From Candidatus Cloacimonadales bacterium (GTDB lineage Bacteria; Cloacimonadota; Cloacimonadia; Cloacimonadales; DAONDQ01), in the NCBI GenBank assembly GCA_963662275.1, contig OY759316.1, forward strand, positions 1,312,001-1,376,000: DNA of 64,000 nt, in the 5' to 3' direction. Positions 53,471 to 64,000 of this stretch are shown here, one piece after another. Below the pieces are notes generated by a model. It had not been told where the DNA came from and did not search any database. It worked only from the letters and a program-made list of their open reading frames with translations. A program made the translations under genes and the position numbers. Position 1 is the first letter of the stretch. Each line of letters begins with the position of its first letter.

Positions 53471-53764
53471 ATAATCTCTTTCTAATTTGAAAAAAAAGGT
53501 AGGGGATAGGATGTCAATTAAATAATAACCTCTAAATAAGAAATATGACAGAAAGGAAACATGAGTTGCATATACAATACTACAGGTTGTATCTATGTAA
53601 TATCGCAAACCCAGGAAGAACTTACCGGGCAAACAGAGTTGCATCCTGCGTATTGCTTATCAGAAGGACAGCAGAGGGGAAGGCAGCGCTACATTATTAT
53701 AAGATCGGAATCTTATGCCACAATGGAGTCTTCTCAGCAACTTTAAGTTTTTAGTTATAAGCTT

Positions 53765-54790
53765 TTAGTTTTCTTCTTTAAGACTCCTCGTCATGAGTTG
53801 AATCATTGCCTCAAAGGGAGATTTATCCTGGAAAAGCACTTCATAGATTTGCTCAGTGATGGGCATATCAATATTGAATTTGGATTTTATTTCATATATG
53901 GATTTAGTTGTGGCAACACCTTCAGCAACTGCTTTCATGGAATCTAGTATTTCCTTAAGCTTTCTTCCTTTTCCAATTTCAAAACCAACATAACGATTAC
54001 GGCTATGCGGACTGATAGCAGTAGTAATCAAATCTCCCATACCGGATAATCCAAGGAATGTTTCAGCATGTGCGCCAAGGGCAACACCAAGCCTCTGTAT
54101 TTCAACAATACCCCTTGTTAATAGAGCACCTTTCGTGTTATCTCCATAACCGATACCATCGATGATACCGGCAGCGATTGAGATGATATTCTTCACGGCT
54201 CCACCAATTTCCACTCCAATCAAATCATGAGAACGATATACGCGAAAATAGGAATTACTGAACAACCGTTGAACTTCACTCAATAAAGGATCATTGCTGC
54301 CCGCAATTACCACAGCTGTTGGTATTTTTCGAGCTACTTCCTCAGCATGGGAAGGACCGGATAAAGTCATGATTTTTGCACTCAAAACAGAGGGAAGCTC
54401 TTCTGCCAGTACTTCTGACATTCTCTTCAAAGTATGTTCTTCCACACCTTTAGCCACATTGATAATCGCTTTGATTTCCTGGAGTGACGAGATAGAGCTT
54501 ATGGCATTTCGTAAGGAGGAACGTAAGAACTGGGATGGTATCGCAAAAATGATATATTCCGGATTGTTTGAGAGAGCTTCCTCAATCTGATTCGTTACGA
54601 TGATTGATCCTGGTATCTCAATGTCCTTTAGCAGATAGGGATTGCTATGGGTTGTTTTGATCAACTCAACATAAGCAGGATTGAATTCCCATAACGAAAC
54701 TTGGTTCCCATTTTCTGCAAGTAATTTACTGATGGCAAGTCCCCAGGCACCTCCACCCATGATAGTAATTTGTTTTCCAATCTGATTCAT
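53765..54790 (-). CDS. gpsA: NAD(P)H-dependent glycerol-3-phosphate dehydrogenase
   Basis: GGGAWG.A; KGVE; LSGPSHAEEV; GVEIGGAVKN..SIAAG; GLSGMGDL..T..S.HSRN; AEGV.T. Confidence 0.96.
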   Translation of the reverse strand: MNQIGKQITIMGGGAWGLAISKLLAENGNQVSLWEFNPAYVELIKTTHSNPYLLKDIEIPGSIIVTNQIEEALSNNPEYIIFAIPSQFLRSSLRNAISSISSLQEIKAIINVAKGVEEHTLKRMSEVLAEELPSVLSAKIMTLSGPSHAEEVARKIPTAVVIAGSNDPLLSEVQRLFSNSYFRVYRSHDLIGVEIGGAVKNIISIAAGIIDGIGYGDNTKGALLTRGIVEIQRLGVALGAHAETFLGLSGMGDLITTAISPHSRNRYVGFEIGKGRKLKEILDSMKAVAEGVATTKSIYEIKSKFNIDMPITEQIYEVLFQDKSPFEAMIQLMTRSLKEEN

Positions 54791-55041
54791 GTATTCCTTC
54801 TTTTTACAATCTGTTTGACAATAATAAACTAAATGGAAACGAAGTCAATCCCAATAGTAATGATGTGGATACATAAAATTAATTTTAGGCTTATGTCATT
54901 GAACCTATTTTATAATGAGTTGTTGATTTTTTGTAAAATTATCATCCTTAACAGCTTATATTATAGGTTGTATGAATGGAGCTTATAGGTTCGAGCTTAG
55001 AAAAAATAATTTTCCTTGACGTGATTTAACCTATCTTATTA

Positions 55042-55068
55042 TTAGCAATCATATAATGTGACTGCTAA
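55042..55068 (+). promoter_or_regulatory. CIRCE element (HrcA operator)
   Basis: TTAGCAATC-N9-GACTGCTAA versus consensus TTAGCACTC-N9-GAGTGCTAA, directly upstream of groEL. A TTGACG -35-like hexamer lies at 55016. Confidence 0.88.
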
Positions 55069-55084
55069 TAATAAACAATAATAA

Positions 55085-56743
<1,659 letters not shown>

Positions 56744-56763
56744 TCAATAAGAAAATATCTTAG

Positions 56764-56793
56764 AAAATAGCTCCCGAAAATGGGAGCTATTTT
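56764..56793 (+). terminator. Intrinsic terminator after groEL
   Basis: AAAATAGCTCCC-GAAAAT-GGGAGCTATTTT. Confidence 0.8.
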
Positions 56794-56929
56794 ACTATAT
56801 ACCATTGTTTTTGAAAAATATCTGAATGAAACTCATATTTAATTTGACATGATTAATGCTCTACAGAATCTTCTTAAAAATAAGTGAATTGATATCGTAT
56901 TAAAATAAATCTCACAAAGGAGTGAAGAA

Positions 56930-59134
56930 ATGAAGAAGAGCATTATTGTCCTCATGGTTTTCATTTTTATGATGAGCTGTCTTATGGCAGCAAATGACAA
57001 ACCCATTATCAATCAATCCAAACCGCTCATCGAAACGAATTATGTTTCTGAATCTCTCAACTCAAAAACAACCATGCCAACCGGACCTAACAGACAGAGC
57101 TTCCTGGACCTGGATTTTACCGGTTTAAACTCCCTTCCTGCCGGCTGGACTGCTGAAGTTGATACAACCATAGCACATTGGTCAATCAGGCAAACAAATC
57201 TTGCAGGTGGTACGGCTCCAGAACTATGTTTTGCAGATCAGCCATATTTTACCGGAATCTCCCGTTATATTTCACCGGAGATTGATTTAACTGGTATTAG
57301 TTCGCTCAACCTGATGTTTTTACATTCTGTAGATCATTACACTTCACCCTATACTTTGGGAGTGGCTACACGATCAAATCATGGGGCGTGGACAAATGTA
57401 TGGACGCTAGATCCCACTGCAACCGTCATCAGCCAGGTCGTAGATCTTCTGGTTGGAACTGCTGACGTGGGAAGTTCAACTTTCCAGGTTTGTTTCTATT
57501 TCAGTGGATATTCATATAATATCAATAAATGGCTGATTGATGATATCAACCTCTTCATATGGCCTCATGATATCAAAACTTTATCCCTTACTACAGAACA
57601 GAATTATTCTGTAGGGGCAAGCTTTGTTCCATCTGTTGTTGTTGGTAATATCGGACAGAATTCTGAATCTTTCTCCGTGACCTGTGAAATTTCTCAATTC
57701 GAAACCGTTGTTTATTCACAGACCGTTGATATGACACTTGGACAGGGGCGTACAGGTTCTCCGCAATTTCCGTCTTTTACGATTCCGGCAGCCAACGAAA
57801 TCTACAAAATTACTGTCACTGCCAATCTTGCGAATGACCAGAATACAGCCAATAATTCCAAGACGAATTATTTCTATTCTTATGTCACTGAAAGACAGAA
57901 AATGATGCTGGAGATTGCCACTGGTACATGGTGTCAATTCTGTCCCGGCGCTGCTATGGGCGCTGAAGACCTGGTAGCCAATGGCAAGGATGTTGCTGTT
58001 GTCGAATATCATAACCAGGATCCTTATGTGAACGCAGCTTCTAATGCGCGTAATGAATATTATATGGTTCCCGGGTATCCCACTGCAACTTTTGATGGAC
58101 AGCGCCAGATAGATTATGGTAATCATTCAAATAGCCTGTATTCAACATATCTGCCCATCTACGAAGATGCCATCACTAAAATGAGTCCATTCTATATTTC
58201 TATGACTGGTGCCATATCGGATACAGATACCAGCATCCTCAATGTAAATGTAAATGTAATCAGGTTTGGTCGTATTTTACCGGATGAACCCCTGGTTCTC
58301 CATTTTGCGGTCACGGAATCGGATATTGCTTGTATATGGCAAGGACAAACGGAAGTGAGTTTTGTGGAACGTGCGATGACACCGGATGAAAATGGAACTG
58401 ACCTTAATATTGCTAATGTTGAGTCACAGTCTATTCCTTTGACCACTACGCTTGGAGCAGCCTGGAATGTCGGGAACCTGGAAGTTGTCGCCTTTATCCA
58501 GAATCCGATTACGAAAGTGATTTACCAGGGATATGTTAAACCTTTATTAGATCTGTCTGTCATGGATAGAGCTTATCCTCCCAGGACGCTAGCAGCAGTT
58601 CATAGCGGAGACGAAGTGACTCTAACGTGGTTAGCGCCTTCCAGTACAATGGGATTATCTGCTTATGTAATTTATCGGGATGGAGCAATTCTCTATACAA
58701 AGACACGTGATTTGGCGACAAGACAATTTGTTGATCCGGCAATTCCGGGTGATCATGTTTATCTTGTGAAAGCTCTCTTCGGAGGAGTTTATTCAACACC
58801 TTCAAACCAGGTGAATGTGAACATTGTAGCTAATGATGATGCCGTTGCCACCCCTGTTTTATCTCGAATGATCAGTAACTATCCCAGTCCATATAATCGA
58901 AGCACCCGTATTCGCTATGAAATGGTCAAGGATGCGAAAGTCTCCCTGGCTGTTTATAATGTGAGAGGTCAGCTTGTCAGGTCTCTCGTAAATGAAGTGA
59001 TACCTACCGGAATCCATGAAATTGTCTGGAACGGTAAAGATAACGATGGCAACTCAATAGCTTCAGGTGTTTACTTCTATCATTTCAGCACTGGAAGCGT
59101 GAAACAGGTTCGTAAAACAATCCTGCTGAAATAA
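56930..59134 (+). CDS. Secreted Omp28-related protein (thioredoxin-like CxxC) with adhesin/CARDB/FN3-like domains and FlgD-Ig/T9SS-A-like CTD
   Basis: Signal peptide; LEIATGTWCQFCP; VEYH..D; Y.VPGYPT..FDG; LHFAVTESDI; VVAFIQ; NYPSPYN...VYNVRGQLVRSL...WNGKDNDG..IASGVYFY. Confidence 0.82.
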   Translation: MKKSIIVLMVFIFMMSCLMAANDKPIINQSKPLIETNYVSESLNSKTTMPTGPNRQSFLDLDFTGLNSLPAGWTAEVDTTIAHWSIRQTNLAGGTAPELCFADQPYFTGISRYISPEIDLTGISSLNLMFLHSVDHYTSPYTLGVATRSNHGAWTNVWTLDPTATVISQVVDLLVGTADVGSSTFQVCFYFSGYSYNINKWLIDDINLFIWPHDIKTLSLTTEQNYSVGASFVPSVVVGNIGQNSESFSVTCEISQFETVVYSQTVDMTLGQGRTGSPQFPSFTIPAANEIYKITVTANLANDQNTANNSKTNYFYSYVTERQKMMLEIATGTWCQFCPGAAMGAEDLVANGKDVAVVEYHNQDPYVNAASNARNEYYMVPGYPTATFDGQRQIDYGNHSNSLYSTYLPIYEDAITKMSPFYISMTGAISDTDTSILNVNVNVIRFGRILPDEPLVLHFAVTESDIACIWQGQTEVSFVERAMTPDENGTDLNIANVESQSIPLTTTLGAAWNVGNLEVVAFIQNPITKVIYQGYVKPLLDLSVMDRAYPPRTLAAVHSGDEVTLTWLAPSSTMGLSAYVIYRDGAILYTKTRDLATRQFVDPAIPGDHVYLVKALFGGVYSTPSNQVNVNIVANDDAVATPVLSRMISNYPSPYNRSTRIRYEMVKDAKVSLAVYNVRGQLVRSLVNEVIPTGIHEIVWNGKDNDGNSIASGVYFYHFSTGSVKQVRKTILLK

Positions 59135-59149
59135 CAATCCAAATCTTCT

Positions 59150-59277
59150 GTAGAGACGCCCAACTTGGGCGTCTCTACTTTATCCAACTTGGGCGTCTCT
59201 ACTTTATCCAAGTTGGGCGTCTCTACTTTATCCAAGTTGGGCGTCTCTACTTTATCCAAGTTGGGCGTCTCTACTTT
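59150..59277. repeat. Near-perfect GTAG...CTAC palindrome with tandem 24-bp amplification of its right arm (5 copies)
   Basis: GTAGAGACGCCCAA-C-TTGGGCGTCTCTAC, then TTGGGCGTCTCTACTTTATCCAA(C/G) at 59165, 59189, 59213, 59237 and 59261. Confidence 0.9.
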
Positions 59278-59311
59278 AATACCCCGGACAAATACATATT
59301 CCAGGAATGCA

Positions 59312-60700
59312 ATGGATAAGAATCGAATCTACCTCCTCGAGTCAATGCCTATCCGGAAAGCTATTTACAAACTGGCACTTCCGACTGTCTTCAGCATGAT
59401 AGTCCAGATTTTCTATAATATCACGGATACTTTCTTTGTAGGTAAATTGAACGATCCCTATCAGTTGGCTGCTGTCAGCATTGCCATGCCTATCTTTATG
59501 ATGCAAATGGCAATTTCCGGTATCTTCGGCAATGGCGCTGCATCATACCTATCCCGCCAATTAGGCAGGAAAGACTACTCCGGAGCGAGAGAAACAGCCA
59601 CAATCTCAATTTTTTCCTGCCTGGTAACATCCTTTGCCGTAGCTGTTATTGGAATTTACTATATGCCTCAAATACTCAGCATGGCAGGGGCAAGTCCGCA
59701 CACCATCGGTTATGCTTCAGCATATCTGAAGATCATCTTTCTCGGCTCTGCAATTATGATGCTTGGTTTCACGATTTCCCAGTTATTGAGAGCGGAGGGA
59801 GCAGCGAAAGCTGTCATGATTGGCAATCTAATTGGCACGGGAGTCAATATTGTCCTGGATCCTTTATTCATTTTTGTCTTTCACCAGGGAGTTGCCGGTG
59901 CTGCCATAGCAACGGTAATTGGCAGCGGCTGCAGCTTACTTTATTTTCTTTCCTTCTATTGGCGGAAGAAAAGTCATGCTATGCCATCCTGGCAATATCT
60001 CAAATTCCGTTGGGAAACGTATAAAGAGATCTTCAAAATCGGTGTTCCCTCCTCCATCAGCCAGGTTATGATGAGTGTTGGCAATGCCATTTCCTACAGC
60101 GTTGCTTCCGGTTATGGAGATGCCTCTGTGGCTGCCTTAGGGATTGTCTGGCGCGTGATGACAATACCCATATTCATCATCATAGGGATCGCTATTTCCA
60201 TCCAGCCGCTGGTTGGTTACAACTATGGCGCAAATAATCCCCAAAGACTGAAGAGCACTGTTAAAACTGCCTTAGGAATATCCGGCGCTCTAGCTGCGTT
60301 CTTTACACTCTGTTTTTTCCTCTTTCCCAGGGCTTTTATCCTGGTCTTTATTGCAGATCCCCAAGTTGTAGAAATAGGGGAGATGGTGCTGAGAGCTTTT
60401 ACTTTTGCAATCCCCTTTGCTGCCATTCAAATGCCGCTTATGACCTCCCTGCAAGCTATGGGAAAAGGGATTCCCTCCTTAATCATCGCATTATCCAGGA
60501 ATGGACTGGTCTATATTCCTGCTGTCTATCTGCTGAATTATCTTTTTGGCTTCGAAGGCTTGGTCTATGCTCTGCCACTCTCTGATATGATCACTGCCGT
60601 CATGTCTTTCTTCTTTATCCTGAATATCGTACAAAAACTGAAGTACCATAAAGTTGAAATAGAACCCCAGGAAGTGCTGGTTAAAGAAGCAATTTATTAA
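59312..60700 (+). CDS. MATE-family efflux transporter (MepA-like)
   Basis: LALP...QIFYNITDTFFVG; LRAEG; NIVLDPLFIF..GVAGAAIAT; QPLVGYNYGA. Start moved past the repeat to ATG 59312. Confidence 0.93.
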   Translation: MDKNRIYLLESMPIRKAIYKLALPTVFSMIVQIFYNITDTFFVGKLNDPYQLAAVSIAMPIFMMQMAISGIFGNGAASYLSRQLGRKDYSGARETATISIFSCLVTSFAVAVIGIYYMPQILSMAGASPHTIGYASAYLKIIFLGSAIMMLGFTISQLLRAEGAAKAVMIGNLIGTGVNIVLDPLFIFVFHQGVAGAAIATVIGSGCSLLYFLSFYWRKKSHAMPSWQYLKFRWETYKEIFKIGVPSSISQVMMSVGNAISYSVASGYGDASVAALGIVWRVMTIPIFIIIGIAISIQPLVGYNYGANNPQRLKSTVKTALGISGALAAFFTLCFFLFPRAFILVFIADPQVVEIGEMVLRAFTFAIPFAAIQMPLMTSLQAMGKGIPSLIIALSRNGLVYIPAVYLLNYLFGFEGLVYALPLSDMITAVMSFFFILNIVQKLKYHKVEIEPQEVLVKEAIY

Positions 60701-60761
60701 ATGTATTCCGGATATGCAAAAAAAGCAGACTCCTTTGTGCTCCCCTGAATTGAACAGGCTG

Positions 60762-63104
60762 CTATTTCACTTTTATCATCTTCTTAGTATAGCTGTACCC
60801 CGGTTTATCCACTTTGCAGAAATAAACACCGGACGCTGTTGATTTGCCGTTATCATCCAAACCATTCCAGGTGAGTTGGATCGTACCCGCACACATCTTA
60901 CCCGCTGCCAGTGTTTTAACCTGCTGCCCGCGGATATTATAAATATTGATAACGATGTCATCAGGTGCAGGTAAATTGAATTCTATCTTTGTGCTTTCCC
61001 GAAAAGGGTTAGGGTAAATCCTGATATTCGACACATCTGCAATGGGTATCGTATCATCATGAACATCTACAGAACCGTATTCATAACAGCCCATGTCAAC
61101 ACTATTCCCATGAATACGGGGAGCGCCATTCAGATCATAGGGATACAACCCGCCCGGTACATCTGATGTACCAGTATCGATACAGGGAGAACCGGAGGCT
61201 AGTTCATATGGTTTTTCAGTATTATCTGAATTGAATAAAGGTAATTCATTTATATTCCCTTCCTGCCAATAAATGGTTCCCCACCAGTCTTCATTAAAAA
61301 CACCATCAATTCCATCTTTCACATTACAGTGATTAAAAGCCACGTGATTAACAGGGGGATTTGGTTCAAACGGATGAAGCAGAAATACCTGGTGGGATGT
61401 ATCATTAGCAAATATACAGTTCCAGAAGTTCACCGAGTCGGCACAAATTCCAACCGCTGCTCCAGGGCTTAGATTATCAGCAAATGTACAATTAATAATA
61501 TCATAAGGACCACGTCCTGTAAAGAGCATTGGTATTCCTTTATAAATTGCATTTGAAAATGTGCTTTGATTATCTGTGAAAAGACAGTTTTCGATACGGT
61601 ATGCAGGAAAATCAAACTGCATGCTTGTTAAAACAATAGAAGCCCCACCGCCTTCAGTGTTATCGAAATTGTTCTGAAAAATGCAATTTCGAATCTGCAC
61701 ATTGCTTGAAGCATCTATTCGCAAGGCGCCTCCCTGATCCCAATCGACCTGGAATGCATGGTTGTTCCTGAAAGTAGAGTTTTCAATATAGGCTTCAGCA
61801 ATTTCACTTAGCATCATGCCTGAAATTCCTTCCAAACCAGTATTATTGGAAACTGTTATATTTTTAAAATTACATACTTCCATATTTCCCAGTGAAATAG
61901 CAGGTACCATTTTTGATGTACAGCTTTCAACTTTTATGTTCTCAAGATAGATATCGGTCGAATATGCGCCACTAATTGCTGATCCATAGCTTTCGTGTTC
62001 AAAATCAGCGAAACTAAAGTTCTTGAAAGCAAAATTGACGGTTCCTCTTGGAACGCTAAGCATGGGATAATGATTATTACCATTGATAATTGTGTTTTCT
62101 AGCGACTGTCCAATCACTTTGACGTATGATTTTGCGCTCAAGGGCAATTTCTGACTATTAGTTTCCATTGAATATATACCATTTGCGATATGCACAGTTT
62201 TCGGATTCAAGCTATCACTGGCAATGTTATGCAATGCCCATGCAATCGTTTTGAATGGTGAAGCTGAAGAAAGACCATCGTTGTGATCATCTCCATTAAC
62301 CGCAACATATAGATCATGATTAACCTGTGTCAAAAAGGTATGATGGATGTCAAAGTTGTATAAATAGATGTCTTCGATGAAGTTAACTTGTGTTTCCGCA
62401 TAGTATCTATCCGGGTTTATTACTGTAAATGTATCTACTATCACATTAACTGTCATAGGTAAATCACAGCTTAAAATGTCAGTTCCCTGCCCGGAATAAT
62501 TATTATAGATACTGCATCGGTTATCTGCATCCATGGTAAAACTAATCTCATCACCTTGAAGACAAATACCACCGCCTCCTGCTGTTGCGAGATTATTAAA
62601 AAATGAAGTCCCTTTCAGACTTACACTTCCACGCCAAACAAATAATCCGCCTCCAAACTCTGTTTCATTAGCGAATATTCGACAATCTTCAATTGATAAC
62701 GTGCTATAATATCCAATAAGAATGCCTCCTCCGTCATCGAAGTAATAGCAATGTTCCCCTGACCCATTGGTAATGGAGAAGCCGATTATTCTCGCGGAAG
62801 TTTCTCCGCTCATCACACGTACACAACAGCCCATTCGTTGACCGTCAATAATTGTAGTCCCGATATAGACACGATCATTTGTCGTGAACTTCAGACTGGC
62901 AACTGTAATGTTTTTGCCGTTAAAATCAATGTTCTCCAAATACCTGCCCGGATGGACAAGTACCAAGTCACCATTATTAGAGGCATTGATGGCTGCCTGG
63001 ATGGTTGGATAATTCCCCAGCCCATCCTGTCTGACTGTGATCGTAATTGCACTTAGTGATACTATTGAGAGCGTAACAATGATCAGCAGCATGAATTTTA
63101 ACAT
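60762..63104 (-). CDS. Secreted beta-helix/CTD protein, paralog of 27751-30093
   Basis: Same length (780 aa), offset 33011. The 5' ~500 nt are identical; the rest carries many mostly synonymous differences. Confidence 0.87.
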   Translation of the reverse strand: MLKFMLLIIVTLSIVSLSAITITVRQDGLGNYPTIQAAINASNNGDLVLVHPGRYLENIDFNGKNITVASLKFTTNDRVYIGTTIIDGQRMGCCVRVMSGETSARIIGFSITNGSGEHCYYFDDGGGILIGYYSTLSIEDCRIFANETEFGGGLFVWRGSVSLKGTSFFNNLATAGGGGICLQGDEISFTMDADNRCSIYNNYSGQGTDILSCDLPMTVNVIVDTFTVINPDRYYAETQVNFIEDIYLYNFDIHHTFLTQVNHDLYVAVNGDDHNDGLSSASPFKTIAWALHNIASDSLNPKTVHIANGIYSMETNSQKLPLSAKSYVKVIGQSLENTIINGNNHYPMLSVPRGTVNFAFKNFSFADFEHESYGSAISGAYSTDIYLENIKVESCTSKMVPAISLGNMEVCNFKNITVSNNTGLEGISGMMLSEIAEAYIENSTFRNNHAFQVDWDQGGALRIDASSNVQIRNCIFQNNFDNTEGGGASIVLTSMQFDFPAYRIENCLFTDNQSTFSNAIYKGIPMLFTGRGPYDIINCTFADNLSPGAAVGICADSVNFWNCIFANDTSHQVFLLHPFEPNPPVNHVAFNHCNVKDGIDGVFNEDWWGTIYWQEGNINELPLFNSDNTEKPYELASGSPCIDTGTSDVPGGLYPYDLNGAPRIHGNSVDMGCYEYGSVDVHDDTIPIADVSNIRIYPNPFRESTKIEFNLPAPDDIVINIYNIRGQQVKTLAAGKMCAGTIQLTWNGLDDNGKSTASGVYFCKVDKPGYSYTKKMIKVK

Positions 63105-63121
63105 CTTTTCTCCAGGATTAT

Positions 63122-63148
63122 CAGGCAGAGAGACCGGCTCTCTGCCTG
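63122..63148 (-). promoter_or_regulatory. Conserved 5' leader stem-loop (copy 5)
   Basis: Stem identical to 30111-30137, loop different (GACCGG vs GTCCAG on the + strand). Confidence 0.6.
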
Positions 63149-63281
63149 AATCATGTTTTGTCTCTTTACTTCTGTTTATATTGATACACGTTTTAGGATA
63201 TTAAGTAACTTTTATCAGGTGTTAGAGATGAATCATCGCCTTCGCAAGGATGACAGTGCTGTTATTCTGATCTTCTGCCCC

Positions 63282-63442
63282 AGCACCTGGCACCTAGCAC
63301 CTAGCACCTAACACCTAACACCTAGCACCTAGCACCTAGCACCTAACACCTGGCACCTAACACCTAGCACCTAGCACCTAACACCTGGCACCTAACACCT
63401 GGCACCTAACACCTGGCACCTAACACCTAACACCTAGCACCT
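63282..63442. repeat. Heptamer tandem repeat, about 23 units (paralogous to 30271-30613)
   Basis: GCACCTA/ACACCTA/GCACCTG units in the same position relative to the flanking genes. Confidence 0.95.
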
Positions 63443-63450
63443 TCTGCAAT

Positions 63451-64000
63451 CTATTTCAGCAGCATCATTTTTTTCATGACCTGGTGTTCAGCAGTCTGCA
63501 AGCGGGCAAAATATATACCGCTGCTCACTGCTTCACCATTTTCATTATTGCCGTCCCATTTGATTTTGTGAGAACCTTCCGTTTGCCAGCCATCCCACAG
63601 AGTTTTTACCAGTTGTCCCTTCACATTATAAATCTGCAGGGAAGACGAACCGGCTTTAACCGTATTGTACTCAATGACAGTGCTGGGATTGAAAGGATTG
63701 GGATAACAGGTCATTCGTATCGGTACTTCTGCAGCAGGTGTCATATATGATAGCCTGGTACCTGCATAAAGGTAATCATCTCCCTTATGCAGTTTCAAAG
63801 GCGACTGTGTAATGACCCTGGTTTGAGGATCATAGACGTAGGCTGTGGAAATGTGCTGCAGACCGGCTTTCGATTCATAGTATTTGACGATTTCCAGTTC
63901 CGTGTCTTCCGGAAGATCAAGGACATAAGCATTGATTTCCATCAGCGTATCATCAACAACAGAAGCTCCTTTGCAGACACCGTCCGCATAAACAGCGACC
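63451..64000 (-). CDS. 3' part of a paralog of 30622-33114 (gene starts beyond the right edge)
   Basis: VAVYADGVCKGASVVDDTLMEINAYVLDLPED...CYPNPFNP...KKMMLLK, nearly identical to the end of 30622-33114. Confidence 0.88.
   Translation of the reverse strand, partial: VAVYADGVCKGASVVDDTLMEINAYVLDLPEDTELEIVKYYESKAGLQHISTAYVYDPQTRVITQSPLKLHKGDDYLYAGTRLSYMTPAAEVPIRMTCYPNPFNPSTVIEYNTVKAGSSSLQIYNVKGQLVKTLWDGWQTEGSHKIKWDGNNENGEAVSSGIYFARLQTAEHQVMKKMMLLK

Noticed and set aside
53655..53745. SAM-I riboswitch-like words (CTTATCAG..GAGGG..GGC...CAGCAAC) on the + strand
   Set aside because: Spacing is wrong, the 3' half of the aptamer is not evident, and no + strand gene follows (it faces the 3' end of gpsA).
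53471..53754. uvrA N-terminal extension to 53644 and short + strand ORFs
   Set aside because: UvrA homology starts at ~53458-53470; the upstream sequence is intergenic-like.
59165..59311. N-terminal LGVSTLSK-repeat extension of the MATE protein
   Set aside because: It derives from the 24-bp REP-arm repeat; a typical MATE start is at 59312.

Overview
64-kb bacterial chromosomal window, most plausibly from Candidatus Cloacimonadota or a related FCB lineage. This is inferred from the density of secreted proteins ending in a YPNP...IYNIKGQ.VK.L...W.G.D.NG..V.SGVYF FlgD-Ig/T9SS-A-like C-terminal domain (CTD). Housekeeping genes: LpoB/COG3014/LPP20 lipoprotein trio, GH133-GT4-GH57 alpha-glucan module, NtrC-type regulator, YbbR-like, tsaD, tRNA-Thr(CGT), PP-loop tRNA sulfurtransferase, MBL hydrolase, guaA, uvrA, gpsA, solitary groEL with CIRCE, Omp28-like protein, MATE. 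These are interleaved with five accessory elements. (1) An expanding family of secreted beta-helix/CTD proteins in a repeated two-gene unit, with a conserved 5' leader hairpin, homogenised tracts, a frameshift and a truncation. (2) Many GTAG-tagged REP-like palindromes amplified into tandem arrays. (3) A REP-mosaic-flanked trio: CARF-sigma54 activator, TPR histidine kinase, and receiver-effector. (4) A complete IS with inverted repeats and an 8-bp target duplication. (5) An uncharacterised five-gene membrane operon (two FN3+DUF6754-like paralogs plus three membrane proteins) whose subunits look pseudo-symmetric with opposite membrane topology. Items 5 and 3 are the best candidates for undescribed systems. 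All family assignments come from motif recognition by eye; no database searches were run.
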